The position numbers and the translations under genes were made by a program. Under the pieces are notes generated by a model. The model saw only the letters and a program-made list of their open reading frames with translations. It did no database searches and was not told the DNA's origin. A stretch of DNA of 64,000 nucleotides. It comes from Candidatus Bathyarchaeota archaeon (GTDB taxonomy: Archaea > Thermoproteota > Bathyarchaeia > Bathyarchaeales > Bathycorpusculaceae). The stretch spans positions 96,001-160,000 of the forward strand of contig CAVYHV010000009.1 in the NCBI GenBank assembly GCA_963768425.1, in the 5' to 3' direction. The first letter of the stretch is position 1; the number at the start of each line of letters is the position of its first letter. This document shows, piece by piece, positions 49,940 through 61,218 of the stretch.

Positions 49940-51490
49940 GTGGACAAAACTAAAATATTGCTTTTGCCGTTTTTAATCGGCTTAGGCCTTGTTATATATT
50001 CCTGGTTCTTGACTTATCCTCTGTCAATTACTAATGCAAACGACAATATTTTTAATCATGTATCTATCTTTTATTGGATTGGTCTGCCTCTGTTAATGGC
50101 GTCTATGTTATTAATGGCGGCAACAACGAAAAACGTCTATTTGAAGTGGGTGCTCTCTACAGGAATTGTGCTGGCGTTTTATTCCCTATCTTATTCTTTT
50201 AGTTTGCTGCCTGGTGTTGACACACAGTATTTTAGAGGTTTAAGCGAATACTTCTTTAAAACAAATAGTTTGGATGCTTCTCAGTTAAATCATGACTATT
50301 ATCAGTGGCCTGCTTTTTTTATCTTGGCTAAGGTTGTCACCTCAATATCTGGGTTGTCTTTAGAAGATTTCCAATTTCTGCTATTCACTGTTATAGGTTT
50401 CTTGCTTTCCACTGGTATATACGTTTATGCTTCCAGAAAATATAAGTACGGCGGATTCTTAGCTGTAGTGACCTTTTTCCTTTCTATATATTACTTTTTT
50501 AACTATCAAGGTGTGCCCTTTTCGCTTGCTCTTGGTCTTCTTTTTGTTATGTTAATGCTTGACACAAGACAAAAGAGTGCCAGTTCAACAATTACCCTAC
50601 TATTGTTGTACACTGGTCTTTTGTTTATGCATCTTTTTGTGCCCGTTTTTTTTATTATATATTTATTGTTGAGAGGTTTTCTTGATAAAAGCCGATATTA
50701 TTGGAGCCTTTTCCTAATCGCTTTGAACAGTTATGTACTTTATTCGATCACTATGGCCAAATTTACAATCGCGCAGATCTTTGCCCTCCTCATTGCAATG
50801 CCAACAACATACGGTGACATGATCAAGATTACAATACAACCCGTCTTAGCTCCATTTGACGTTACCGCTCAGCTTTTTTCAAGAACGGTAACAATAGGAT
50901 TCATCTTGTTGGGTGTTGTTTGCTTCACTTTCATGTTTATCAAAAGAAAATTGTCTACTCAGGATAAAGCTCTTCTCATAACTGGAATATTTTATTCTGG
51001 GTTGGGTGTTGTATTAAATACTCTGGGATGGCGGGCAATATCCATAGTTTTCATTCCTGTTTGTTTAAGCGCAGCCTATATGTTTGAAAGCAAATTCAGA
51101 CGATATTCCGTTTTCGCAATTTTGGTTTTGGTTATATTGTCCGTTTTTATCCCGATTCATCAATCCTTTAGTGGTAATGATCAATTCCAAACAAAGGAAG
51201 ATTATGTTGCTGAAAACTTCCTCCTCACTCATTGTAATTTAGAACAACATAATTTTGTTTTTACTGATTACTGGGCATCTTGGTACGTGGAGTCAGAACT
51301 CAGTACTTACAAATATATCTATACAGATCCTGGGACAGCGAATCAGGCGGATGTTCTGCTTATTACTCCACCACTAATTGGACAGGACTTGGGGAATAAC
51401 AATACGCTTGAGAGCGTTGTACAAAAAGAAACCCTGAATGTCGTATACAATGACGGTTCATCTTATGTGCTAATTAAATCTCATTCATAG
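49940..51490 (+). CDS. Polytopic membrane protein (possible GT-C/polymerase-type)
   Basis: Many TMs, YYQWPAFF loop, located in glycosylation locus. Confidence 0.65.
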   Translation: MDKTKILLLPFLIGLGLVIYSWFLTYPLSITNANDNIFNHVSIFYWIGLPLLMASMLLMAATTKNVYLKWVLSTGIVLAFYSLSYSFSLLPGVDTQYFRGLSEYFFKTNSLDASQLNHDYYQWPAFFILAKVVTSISGLSLEDFQFLLFTVIGFLLSTGIYVYASRKYKYGGFLAVVTFFLSIYYFFNYQGVPFSLALGLLFVMLMLDTRQKSASSTITLLLLYTGLLFMHLFVPVFFIIYLLLRGFLDKSRYYWSLFLIALNSYVLYSITMAKFTIAQIFALLIAMPTTYGDMIKITIQPVLAPFDVTAQLFSRTVTIGFILLGVVCFTFMFIKRKLSTQDKALLITGIFYSGLGVVLNTLGWRAISIVFIPVCLSAAYMFESKFRRYSVFAILVLVILSVFIPIHQSFSGNDQFQTKEDYVAENFLLTHCNLEQHNFVFTDYWASWYVESELSTYKYIYTDPGTANQADVLLITPPLIGQDLGNNNTLESVVQKETLNVVYNDGSSYVLIKSHS

Positions 51491-51723
51491 TTTTAAAATT
51501 CAAGAATTACGGCCTATATCAATTTCGTTCATTTCTAAGCTTTATTGGCGACACTTGCCAAAAGCTTTTCTTAAAACGCGTTTTTTCGTTGAATGTGAAG
51601 AAAGTTTACGGGCACAGTTTTTTTCGCCTAAAACATGTGTTGATGAACGTCTTGAAGTAGTTATGGGTATCTAAAAAAGGGTTGGTTTGTACGGAACCGT
51701 GTTTGGTTCCGTTTTTTGTTTCT

Positions 51724-53199
51724 TTATGGTGCGGTTATGGTTAGTTGGGGGTTTGCGAACCATGCTTGGCCTTGGTCGCTGGCGCCGTATGTTGAGCTCC
51801 AAACTTGCATCCAAGGAAGTATTGCGGTTGGTGTGACTGGTTGTCCTGTGTAGTAGCCTCCTGATGCGCCGTCGGCTGGATAAGCTGAAGGTATGGTGAA
51901 GCTCATTGTTATTTGTGTCCATGTGCTTGTGCCCCAGTGTACGTAATTCAAGTTTGTGTTGCTTGGGTAGCCTGTTGTGGGTGTCCAAACGCTTCCGTCT
52001 GGGGAGGCGGTGCCGGTTATTCTTCCGTTGTTTGAGTAGAAGTCTATTCCGACTCTTCCGCCGCTGCATGGGTTTGTGTCGCCATAGCTGCTTGGAGAAG
52101 TTTTTATCCAGCAACTAAAGATTATTTGGTCGCCTGGTGCTATAGAGATGTAGGGGCCGTCGCATTCTCTTGCGGCGTTGCCTGAATTGCCTACTGGTAA
52201 TATTTCTATGCTAGCTTGTCCGTTGTAGAGTACACTTGTGCTTAAAACATCATTTGATACACCACCAACGGCAATATGCATACCATTTTTTGATGTACTC
52301 CAGCCTGTTGGACTAGGCGCCAAATTAGCTGATTGTGACGTCCCAGGGGTTTGAGTTGGTGTCGGGGTTGGCGTGGCGGTAGGGGCAGGGGTTGGTGTAG
52401 GGCTTACGGTTGGACTTGAAGTAGTTGGTGAAGCTGGCATAGTTATGAAACTTGTAGAAGCACTGATAAAATCGATGTAATCATTTAGAGTTACTGCAGA
52501 AGGAGAACATGGTCCAATTTGAATTATTTGCGAAGCGCCGTCATAATTATTTGTTAATCCAGTGACGTCCAAAATTTGAGCATTGTTAACCCACATTGTT
52601 GTCTCGCCAGTGCCGCTACCAACTTTGCACATAACTTCTATGTAATACCAAGTACCGACAGAAATACTTGATCCCAAAGAACTGTCAACGTAATTACTCT
52701 TGCCACCGCTGCTCGAATACTCTAAGGTCCAACGATATGTTCCTGCATTGTTATGGATATATGCTGATGCCAAATCATACCCGTTGATGCTGTCCAATGT
52801 TATCCCAGCCATCAAATAGTTGCCCGAAGAAGGCAGGGCATCCAAACAAACGTAACCTGCCAGATACAAAGTAGAATAGGTTGTTCCCAGGTTTTTAGTT
52901 ATGACTGCCCATGAATTAGCTGTATATGGCAAAGTAAATTTTGCAATATTACTTCCTCCATAAACTGTGGAAGTTTGGACACTTTCTGTGCCGCCATTGT
53001 TATTGCTTATTGCCCATGCATTAAAATTCTTGCTTGCAAAATTTTCGCTGAATATTGATGTTGAAGCGTGAACTGCAGCCGACGAGACGAATGATAGCAT
53101 GCTTATGATAAATAGGGCGCTAATGAATAGAACTGTTGGTTTTGAGTGTTTTCTGAAGTTTATAGAATGTAGTATGTTCCTTAGTTTGTGTGTTTTCAT
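51724..53199 (-). CDS. Secreted two-domain protein (beta-sandwich + PT linker + CBM-like domain)
   Basis: Signal peptide, jelly-roll-like region (GTWYYIEV), PT linker, C-terminal domain paralogous to 47698-48600. Confidence 0.8.
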   Translation of the reverse strand: MKTHKLRNILHSINFRKHSKPTVLFISALFIISMLSFVSSAAVHASTSIFSENFASKNFNAWAISNNNGGTESVQTSTVYGGSNIAKFTLPYTANSWAVITKNLGTTYSTLYLAGYVCLDALPSSGNYLMAGITLDSINGYDLASAYIHNNAGTYRWTLEYSSSGGKSNYVDSSLGSSISVGTWYYIEVMCKVGSGTGETTMWVNNAQILDVTGLTNNYDGASQIIQIGPCSPSAVTLNDYIDFISASTSFITMPASPTTSSPTVSPTPTPAPTATPTPTPTQTPGTSQSANLAPSPTGWSTSKNGMHIAVGGVSNDVLSTSVLYNGQASIEILPVGNSGNAARECDGPYISIAPGDQIIFSCWIKTSPSSYGDTNPCSGGRVGIDFYSNNGRITGTASPDGSVWTPTTGYPSNTNLNYVHWGTSTWTQITMSFTIPSAYPADGASGGYYTGQPVTPTAILPWMQVWSSTYGASDQGQAWFANPQLTITAP

Positions 53200-53276
53200 T
53201 TCTCTCTCTCTCTCTCAATTTTGAAATCCTTGTGGTCGCATCTATTTTATAGCTTTTTGAAAAATCCATTAACCTC

Positions 53277-53333
53277 AATTGTCAAGTTCAAAAAATTTTT
53301 GCAGAGTCAACTTGACAAATTTTGTCAAGTTCA
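53277..53333. promoter_or_regulatory. Operator-like palindrome and direct repeat
   Basis: AACTTGACAAA-T-TTTGTCAAGTT at 53309-53331; TTGTCAAGTTCAA repeated at 53279 and 53322. Confidence 0.6.
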
Positions 53334-53993
53334 ACACTTCATCAATTAGCAAGCAAAATTTTCCGAAGATTAACGCGAATGGAGCCATGAATATTGTCAG
53401 CTATCGAATAACCTCTGGAGCTGAAAGCAGCATTTTCTGTCACGACTTGACGCTTTAGGCGAACATAAGGATGAAGACACGTTATAGGTTGATTTATTGC
53501 ATAAATAGAGTGCCTCAGAGGATTTTCGGCGGAGGCTTGTAGTTTCTGCTACTGCATCACTGTACAGTGTTATGTTTTTTAGTGCTAACTTGTTTGTTGA
53601 TTGGTTTGTACGCTGTATCGGATTGATTAGACGAAAATGTTAAGTGTTTACTGCACTGGTTGATTGTTTTTTAGCTTTGTTGTTGCTATCATCTTTCTGC
53701 CTCCAGTGGGCTGGAAGTACATATTTTTTGAAATTGGGTCAATGGTGTGAAGTTACAGGGTTTTTAGGAGCGTTTGGATTGTGTGTTGGTGGGTAACTTT
53801 ACTTAGCGATAACTTGACAGTAGCTCCATGAAACTATTTGAAAAGAGTTTTCTCCTCACACCTTAAATTTTTTATCTATTACAACAGCTGTTGAAATATT
53901 GCGGAAAAACAATAGGCAGATGCTTATCGTCATAGGTTATTAAAGTAGGCAGACTTAAGTACTTATTATATACAAGAAAAATGGGGACAACAA

Positions 53994-54899
53994 GTGGGAT
54001 CAGATTTAGACATCGAGTCTCTTTGGAGCGTTTTTGCTTGCCCGCAGTGTTCAGGCAGACTTGAGAAAACTGATTTCGGGGCGATGTGTACTTCTTGTAC
54101 CACTGAATTTAGGCAAACTGAGCATGGTCAGTTGGATTTACGCTTGAAAAAGGCGAAAAAAATAATAGTCGATTTTGTCATTTCTCCTTCTTTCGAACCA
54201 GATGAGACTGTGTTTGATTTTTTGCCACTCAATTCAACTTCTGAAAGCAAGATCAACCTTGAAGAGTTTGCGTCAATGTCCAAAGAAATTTCTAGTTATG
54301 TACCTATTCCTAGCTCAAAAAATAGTTTGATGTTGGATTTAGGATGTGGCGATGCAAAGTACAGGTCAAACTTTGAGCAGGCGGGCTTCAATTATTTAGG
54401 TTTAGATTATTGTTCGGAAAATGCAACTTTGCTGGGCGACGCGCATGCTTTGCCTTTTAAAGATGAGTCGTTTGAGCTTATTTTTAGCAGATCCGTATTT
54501 GAGCATTTGCAGTATCCATTCGTTGCTATGAATGAAGCCTATCGTGTGTTGAAGAGAAATAGCCGATTTTTTGGGTCTATTGCGTTTCTTGAGCCTTTCC
54601 ACGGACGAAGTTTCTACCATCCTACCCACTATGGTCTTTTGAACTACTTCAAACATGCTGGTTTTTCTGTTCAGCATATTTCACCTAATCCTAAATGGGA
54701 CGTATTAACTGCTCAGGCATCTATGGCTCTGTTTCCGAAACTGCCTAATGCAATAAGTATAGCACTCGTGTCTCCATTGAGGCTAACTCACAAAGTATAT
54801 TGGAAAATAGGCCATTTACTTAAGCCTAATCAAAGTAACGAACTCACTCGACTTCTTTGGACAACTGGCTCTTACGAGTTTGTCGCTACAAAAAATTAA
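53994..54899 (+). CDS. Class I SAM-dependent methyltransferase with N-terminal Trm112-like Zn ribbon
   Basis: CPQC...CTSC, LDLGCG, GDAHALPF, VFEH, RVLK. Confidence 0.85.
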   Translation: MGSDLDIESLWSVFACPQCSGRLEKTDFGAMCTSCTTEFRQTEHGQLDLRLKKAKKIIVDFVISPSFEPDETVFDFLPLNSTSESKINLEEFASMSKEISSYVPIPSSKNSLMLDLGCGDAKYRSNFEQAGFNYLGLDYCSENATLLGDAHALPFKDESFELIFSRSVFEHLQYPFVAMNEAYRVLKRNSRFFGSIAFLEPFHGRSFYHPTHYGLLNYFKHAGFSVQHISPNPKWDVLTAQASMALFPKLPNAISIALVSPLRLTHKVYWKIGHLLKPNQSNELTRLLWTTGSYEFVATKN

Positions 54900-55163
54900 C
54901 TTGTCCAAAATTTTCAGCATCACTACAATTAATCGGCTTATGAGTTTTCAATCTTGTACGATGCTTTTTTCTCAAATGGCCTTTTCTTCTAAGAAGGTTT
55001 CTTTGACATGATGAATCGTATCTGTCCCGTCAGATTATTTTTGATGAATTTGATTCCGAGATTTTGCTGGCGATGTGAAACTTAGTTTGGGCTCCAAAGG
55101 AATTGTTTTTTTGTTTCAGCAAATATTAATAGCTAAATTTAGCTAAGGGGTGGTCGAAAACAA

Positions 55164-56033
55164 GTGAACGATAGTGTTAGCGTCGTTATATGCATTAGGA
55201 ACGAGGAAAACTACATTAAAGAATGCATTGATTCGATTTTGCGTCAGTCTTTTTCTAACTTTGAGCTTATTGTAATTGATGATCAAAGCGCTGATGATAC
55301 CGCAAACATAATTGGTAAATTTACTGATAAGCGTATAAAATATTTTAGGAACGAAAAATGGCTCGGTATTCCTGGGAGCCGAAACGTGGGGTGGAAAAAA
55401 GCATCAGGAGAGTATGTTTTTTTCACTGATGGTGATTGTACTGTATCTGAAAACTGGATTGAAGAAGGCCTAAATTATTTCAAGACTTGTGATTGCCTTG
55501 CGGTTGAAGGAGCTATAATATTATGTGTCGAAGGATTATGAGCCAACATTTTCAGATTATGTCATGGAGAATAAGCATGGAAACAAGTTCATGTGCGGTT
55601 GTATTGCTTACAAAAAGAAGGTAATTCAAACCGTTGGGGGCTTTGACGAGGAAATGGCTTATTTTGAAGATAGAGACATTGCCTATAAAATTCTGCAGTT
55701 AGGTAAAATTTGCTTTAGTCCAAAAATGCTCGTTACCCACCCTCGTGTAACTCGAACGCCAAAAAGTTTCGTTAAGTCAGCCTCCCGTACAAGATACAGA
55801 GTTACCTTATTCAAGAGATATGGTGACAAAGAATGCATCGTTGGCCGTATTGTTCGTCCATTTAACTTGGTTAAAATGCTTTTTCCTCCTGCAATTTTTG
55901 TAAGTCTCTTTTACTAACAGAGTTCGAGGGACCCAATGACTACAAATTGTTACCTTTTACGTATATTTATGTGATTTCTGAACGTTTGCAATTATGGCGC
56001 ACGTGTATTAAAAAGAGAGTTTTCCTGATATAG
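55164..56033 (+). CDS. GT2 glycosyltransferase, frameshifted near 55515 and 55915
   Basis: IDDQSAD, SRNVG, FTDGD, GGFDE, EDRD over consecutive frames. Confidence 0.8.
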
Positions 56034-56219
56034 TCGACACAGGATAGTGCACAATTTAAGGGATTTTAGCTAGATAGATTTTCGATGAATATTTACCATT
56101 TGCAATTAACATCACAATGTAGGCAAACCCCTTCAAGTATCTGCACGGAAAAAGATTCCGACTACATTGTAACATAATTTTAATTTGTTGACAGGGAAAG
56201 AAAATACATGCTTGCTTTC

Positions 56220-56690
56220 TTGTGCTTTATTTCCACTCCACGTTTTGCTTTATAAGCTTAGCAAGTACAGCTGCAGCCAAACAGTGGTCAGGTATATCTT
56301 TGGCGACCAATGGCGCCCGATGCCACGATTGCTCCATCGCCTATCGTTTCACCTTTAAATATGGCTGCTTTGCTTCCAATCCACACATGCTTGCCTATCT
56401 CCACTGCCTTGGACATTTCATATCCATCTCTAACTATCTCATGATAATCTGAGTCTGTTATCTCCACATTCCAAGAAATCATGCCGCCATCGCCAATTTT
56501 GATGTGTTTACAGCACAAAATGTTTGCATACGAGTTATCTACACGTTATCTCCAATTTCCAAGATGCGCATGCCAACTCTCGCAATTAGGGCACTTTGTA
56601 TATTCGTTAACGCGCCTATTGGATATTTACAGCAGCGATGTAAGGCATATTTTCTTTTCCACTAAAATTGGGGTTTTATCATAGATGAGG
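56220..56690 (-). pseudogene. Decayed hexapeptide-repeat O-acetyltransferase
   Basis: ITDSDYH, VEIGKHVWIG, TIGDGAIVA with disrupted flanks; ends approximate. Confidence 0.7.
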
Positions 56691-56808
56691 CATTTTCAAA
56701 AGTACATCTTAAAAACCTCCAAAACGCTATTTGTCAGGATTTTTTTGCGACAGGCAAAGTAATAAAAATGAGCATGTAATAAAAAAGAAATGCTAGGACG
56801 TTTTAAAA

Positions 56809-57735
56809 TTGTCCCGTACATCTGCGTTTGTGAGTATCGGCTTACCGGTATATAACAGCGCAAAGTACCTCAAGTTTCAGCTTGACTCTCTTTTAGCTCA
56901 GACTTATTCCAATTTTGAAATTGTGATTTCTGATAATGCATCAATTGACCAGACTGAGCAGATTTGTCGGGACTATGCAGCTAATGACAGTCGAATTCGA
57001 TATCATCGCAACCAAAGAAATATTGGCGCTCCAATGAACCATAACCGAGTTTTTAAGTTGTCTTCAGGGGAATTTTTCAAGTGGGCTGCATATGATGACT
57101 TGCATGCTCCAACGTATTTAGAAAAATGCATGTCAGTAATTAACAAAGATTCTTCTATAATATTATGTCACTCAAGAACGGGGCGCATCAATGAACTCGG
57201 TGAGTTGGTAGGAAGATATCATGGTGCCCCTAATAATCGTCTCATTTCAGGAAAGCCCTATGAGCGTTTTGGTGTATTCATGAGTTTATATTTTCCATGC
57301 TGGGATCTTTTTGGTGTAATACGTCGGACCTATCTTGAGAAAACCCCACTCCAGAGAAGTTTCGTTGGATCGGATAGAAACTTATTGGCCGAAATAACAC
57401 TTATGGGCAAAACATATGAACTTCCAGAGACTCTTTTTTTTGGAAGAGATCACTCGGGATCGTATACAGGAACATTTTACAAGCAAAATCGTGTTACCAA
57501 TCGGGAGAGTTACCGCAAACAGTTGGATTGGTGGACAGCTGATAACTTGATACCTTTGCCAAATCTGAAAAATTACATCGAGTACTTTAATTCGGTAATT
57601 CGCGTTCCACTCAAACAATCAGAAAAAATAGCATGCTACAATCAGATAATTAGATGTTTTGCCAAGGAAGGATGGTTGCTCATCGGAAAAGATTTGAAGG
57701 ATCGAGTACTTTATTCACTTGAAAGTGGCAGTTAG
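56809..57735 (+). CDS. GT2 glycosyltransferase
   Basis: VSIGLPVYN, SDNAS, FKWAAYDD. Confidence 0.9.
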   Translation: MSRTSAFVSIGLPVYNSAKYLKFQLDSLLAQTYSNFEIVISDNASIDQTEQICRDYAANDSRIRYHRNQRNIGAPMNHNRVFKLSSGEFFKWAAYDDLHAPTYLEKCMSVINKDSSIILCHSRTGRINELGELVGRYHGAPNNRLISGKPYERFGVFMSLYFPCWDLFGVIRRTYLEKTPLQRSFVGSDRNLLAEITLMGKTYELPETLFFGRDHSGSYTGTFYKQNRVTNRESYRKQLDWWTADNLIPLPNLKNYIEYFNSVIRVPLKQSEKIACYNQIIRCFAKEGWLLIGKDLKDRVLYSLESGS

Positions 57736-58030
57736 CTTCTTTTGAAAATAGCTGAAAAAACTTCCTTCATATTAAATAAGGGAACGAATTGAAATTTCAA
57801 TTTATTAGATTTCAAATGTGCCTACATTTTTTTGATAGGCATTACACCGCTAAATGAACATGTAATTGCATGATCTTTTTTAGCTGGCAAAGAAAAGGAT
57901 TGTTATTTCCCATAGAAGTTGTAAATTGTTAAAAAAATAAGAGTTAATAAAAATTTTCAATACTAATGCAGGATACGAAAGCAATATATTGAGGTTTACG
58001 AGATCAAACTAAATTGTGAAGTGACGCTTC

Positions 58031-59071
58031 GTGCGAGTTCTTGTAACTGGAAACAGAGGATATATTGGTACAGTAATGGTGCCCATGTTACAGGCAGCAG
58101 GGTTTGAAGTCAAAGGTTTTGATAGTGATCTCTTCGATGGGTGTGTCTTCGGTGATCAGTCTATTGGCATTATCTCCGATATCTCTTATATCAAGAAAGA
58201 TATTCGAGACGTTGAACTATCTGATTTAAGAGGGATGGACGCCGTAGTGCATCTTGCTGCTCTTTCCAATGATCCTCTTGGGAACCTTAATCCTGAGGTG
58301 ACCTATGAGATTAATCATCAAGCATCGGTCAAATTAGCAAAGCTTGCAAAAAAGGCTGGTGTTCAACGTTTTATTTTATCTTCTTCGTGCAGCACTTATG
58401 GGGCTGCTGGCTCGGAAGTCGCAACTGAGGAATCAGAACTTAACCCCGTAACACCTTATGGGACTTCTAAGATGCTTGCGGAGAAGGACATATCGAAACT
58501 CGCGGATCGTAATTTCGGCCCAACTTTTCTTCGTTCAGCAACAGCTTATGGCGTATCTCGAATGTTGCGCTTTGACATTGTTCTAAATAATCTCGTCGCA
58601 TGGGCTTATACCACGGGTTCGGTAATGTTAAAAAGTGACGGTACTGCTTGGCGTCCGATTGTTCACATTGAAGATATTTCGAGAGCTTTCATTGCTGTTC
58701 TTAACTCTCCTTTAGATCTTGTTCGAAATCAAGCTTTCAACGTTGGCATAACGTCAGAGAATTTCCAAACGCGTGATATCGCCGAAATCGTGAAAGAGAC
58801 GGTGCCCGGATCTAAAATTGAATATGCAAAAGATGCAGAACCAGACAAGCGTTCTTACCGTGTCGATTTCAGTAAGATATCCAAAACTTTGCCTGAATTT
58901 AAGCCTAAGTGGACCGCACGTTTGGGATCAAAACAGCTTTATGAAGCTTATAAAAAAGTCGGTCTCAATTTAGAAGACTTTGAGGGTCCACGGTACCGAC
59001 GTATTACACATCTTGAAAATAGCCTTAAATCCAAACTGTTGGATGAAACTCTGCGCAGGACGAATTCTTAA
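58031..59071 (+). CDS. NAD-dependent nucleotide-sugar epimerase/dehydratase
   Basis: [28 protein letters not shown]. Confidence 0.9.
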   Translation: MRVLVTGNRGYIGTVMVPMLQAAGFEVKGFDSDLFDGCVFGDQSIGIISDISYIKKDIRDVELSDLRGMDAVVHLAALSNDPLGNLNPEVTYEINHQASVKLAKLAKKAGVQRFILSSSCSTYGAAGSEVATEESELNPVTPYGTSKMLAEKDISKLADRNFGPTFLRSATAYGVSRMLRFDIVLNNLVAWAYTTGSVMLKSDGTAWRPIVHIEDISRAFIAVLNSPLDLVRNQAFNVGITSENFQTRDIAEIVKETVPGSKIEYAKDAEPDKRSYRVDFSKISKTLPEFKPKWTARLGSKQLYEAYKKVGLNLEDFEGPRYRRITHLENSLKSKLLDETLRRTNS

Positions 59072-59123
59072 GTGAACGAAAGCTTCTTAAAAACTTGAAG
59101 AGCAATAATGAGAGGAATATACT

Positions 59124-60413
59124 ATTAACGAAAATAATTTCCCAAAGTGCCGATTTTGTGGGACACCCTTACAACATACATTTGTGGATTTAGGAATGCA
59201 ACCTCTTTGTGAAAGTTATATAAAGGCAGAAGAGCTAAACCGAATGGAACCCTTCTATCCGCTTCACGTACGAGTTTGCGATAACTGTTTTCTAGTCCAA
59301 TTAGATGAGTACGTGTCTCCTAAAGAAATCTTTAGTGAGTATGCTTATTATTCGTCATATTCAGAGGCTTGGTTAGCGCACGCACGAAACTATGTTGACA
59401 TGATTGCTGAAAGGCTTCAACTCAGTAAGAACAGTCTGGTAGTGGAAATAGCAAGTAACGATGGTTATCTACTTCAGTACTTTTTAAAGAAAGAAATCCC
59501 CGTATTAGGTATTGAACCTGCGGCAAACGTTGCTCAGGTAGGGATAAAGAAAGGCATTCCAACCATTGTAGACTTCTTCAATTTGGATTGTGCACATGCG
59601 TTATTGAATAAAGGGCAAAGCGCCGATTTGATTATAGGAAATAATGTTCTTGCTCAGGTAACTGACCTCAACGGGTTTGTAGAGAGTATGAAAGTTTTGC
59701 TCAAATCTTCAGGTGTAATCACTATGGAGTTTCCCCACCTGATGAAGTTAGTTGATGGAAATCAGTTTGACACAATTTATCATGAACATTTTTCCTATTT
59801 TTCGCTATTAACAGTGGAGAAAATTTTCGCCGCGCACGGTTTATCGATTTTTGACGTAGACGAACTTAATACACACGGCGGCTCCTTGCGAATTTATGCC
59901 TGCCATAACGGAAATCTATCTGAACCTGTTAGAAATTCTGTTATTGACTTAAGAGCAAGAGAAAAGCAGCAAAACTATGATAAGTTAGAGACATATTTTA
60001 CGTTTGCTGAAAAGGTACGCGCAACAAAAAGAGATCTCCTAGATTTTCTTATTCATCTAAAACGTGAAAAGAAATCTATTGCTGGCTATGGCGCCCCTGG
60101 TAAAGGAAACACGCTTCTTAACTATTGCGGCATACGGTCCGATTTCCTCGATTATACTGTTGATCGCAATCCTTACAAACATGGTAGATTCCTTCCCGGA
60201 ACTCATGTTCCAATATTTTCCCCCGAGCAAATTGAAAAAACTAAACCTGATTATGTGTTCATTTTGCCTTGGAATATTAAAGAAGAAATAATGAATCAGT
60301 TGTCTTATATTAAGAACTGGAATGGTAAATTCATAGTTCCTATTCCAGAAGTGAGAGTGTATGATCCAAGCAAAAAAGATTTTGGAGTTTCAGCCAATAG
60401 CGAGGTTGAATAA
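59124..60413 (+). CDS. NDP-sugar C-methyltransferase
   Basis: In-frame CRFC upstream of ORF-track start 59184, EIASNDG, YHEH, HGGSLR, GAPGKGNT, LPWN; start at ATT 59124 is inferred. Confidence 0.88.
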   Translation: MNENNFPKCRFCGTPLQHTFVDLGMQPLCESYIKAEELNRMEPFYPLHVRVCDNCFLVQLDEYVSPKEIFSEYAYYSSYSEAWLAHARNYVDMIAERLQLSKNSLVVEIASNDGYLLQYFLKKEIPVLGIEPAANVAQVGIKKGIPTIVDFFNLDCAHALLNKGQSADLIIGNNVLAQVTDLNGFVESMKVLLKSSGVITMEFPHLMKLVDGNQFDTIYHEHFSYFSLLTVEKIFAAHGLSIFDVDELNTHGGSLRIYACHNGNLSEPVRNSVIDLRAREKQQNYDKLETYFTFAEKVRATKRDLLDFLIHLKREKKSIAGYGAPGKGNTLLNYCGIRSDFLDYTVDRNPYKHGRFLPGTHVPIFSPEQIEKTKPDYVFILPWNIKEEIMNQLSYIKNWNGKFIVPIPEVRVYDPSKKDFGVSANSEVE

Positions 60414-61195
60414 TGAAAGTCGTTCTTTTTTGCGGCGGTTTGGGCATGAGATTACATCCAACTACCGAAACTGTTCCTAAACCATTAGTTACTGTAGGCG
60501 AGAAACCTATACTTTGGCATCTTATGAAATATTACTCTCATTTCGGGCATAATGATTTTATTCTTTGCCTAGGTTATAAGGGAGAAAAAATCAAGAAGTA
60601 CTTCTTAGACTACGATGAATGTCTTTCGAGTGATTTTGTCCTTTCAAATGGCGGTAGAGATCGTACGCTTATTGCCGAGAATAATGATAGTCGACGAATA
60701 ACTTTTGTGGAAACTGGCATTAATTCGAATATTGGACAAAGATTAAAAGCCGTGCAAAAATACCTTGAAGGAGAGGAAACTTTTTTAGCTAATTATAGCG
60801 ATGGATTGACGAATCTTCATCTGCCAACAATTATTGATTTTTTTACCAAAAGAAACAAAATAGGCTGTCTCTTGGCAGTGAAACCTTTTCATTCTTATCA
60901 TGCAATATCATCAAATGAGGATGGGTTAGTCTCAGAGATAACTCCGTTGGCTCAATCTAACATAAGAATTAACGGTGGGTACTTTGTTTTCAAAAATGAA
61001 ATATTTGATTATATAAAAAACGGTGAAGAACTCGTTAATGAACCGTTCCAAAGACTAATCGCAAAACAAGAACTTTTAGCATATAAATTTGACGGCTTCT
61101 GGGCGAACATGGATACCTACAAAGATAAACAGCAACTTGACGAGTTAGCTTCAGCTGGTAAAGCTCAATGGCAAGTATGGCTATCCAAAAGTTAA
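60413..61195 (+). CDS. rfbF: Glucose-1-phosphate cytidylyltransferase
   Basis: FCGGLG.R, PKPL, CLGYKG, INGGYF, GFW..MDT. Confidence 0.88.
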   Translation: MKVVLFCGGLGMRLHPTTETVPKPLVTVGEKPILWHLMKYYSHFGHNDFILCLGYKGEKIKKYFLDYDECLSSDFVLSNGGRDRTLIAENNDSRRITFVETGINSNIGQRLKAVQKYLEGEETFLANYSDGLTNLHLPTIIDFFTKRNKIGCLLAVKPFHSYHAISSNEDGLVSEITPLAQSNIRINGGYFVFKNEIFDYIKNGEELVNEPFQRLIAKQELLAYKFDGFWANMDTYKDKQQLDELASAGKAQWQVWLSKS

Positions 61196-61218
61196 CGTAA
61201 GATCGTGATCGGACAAAA

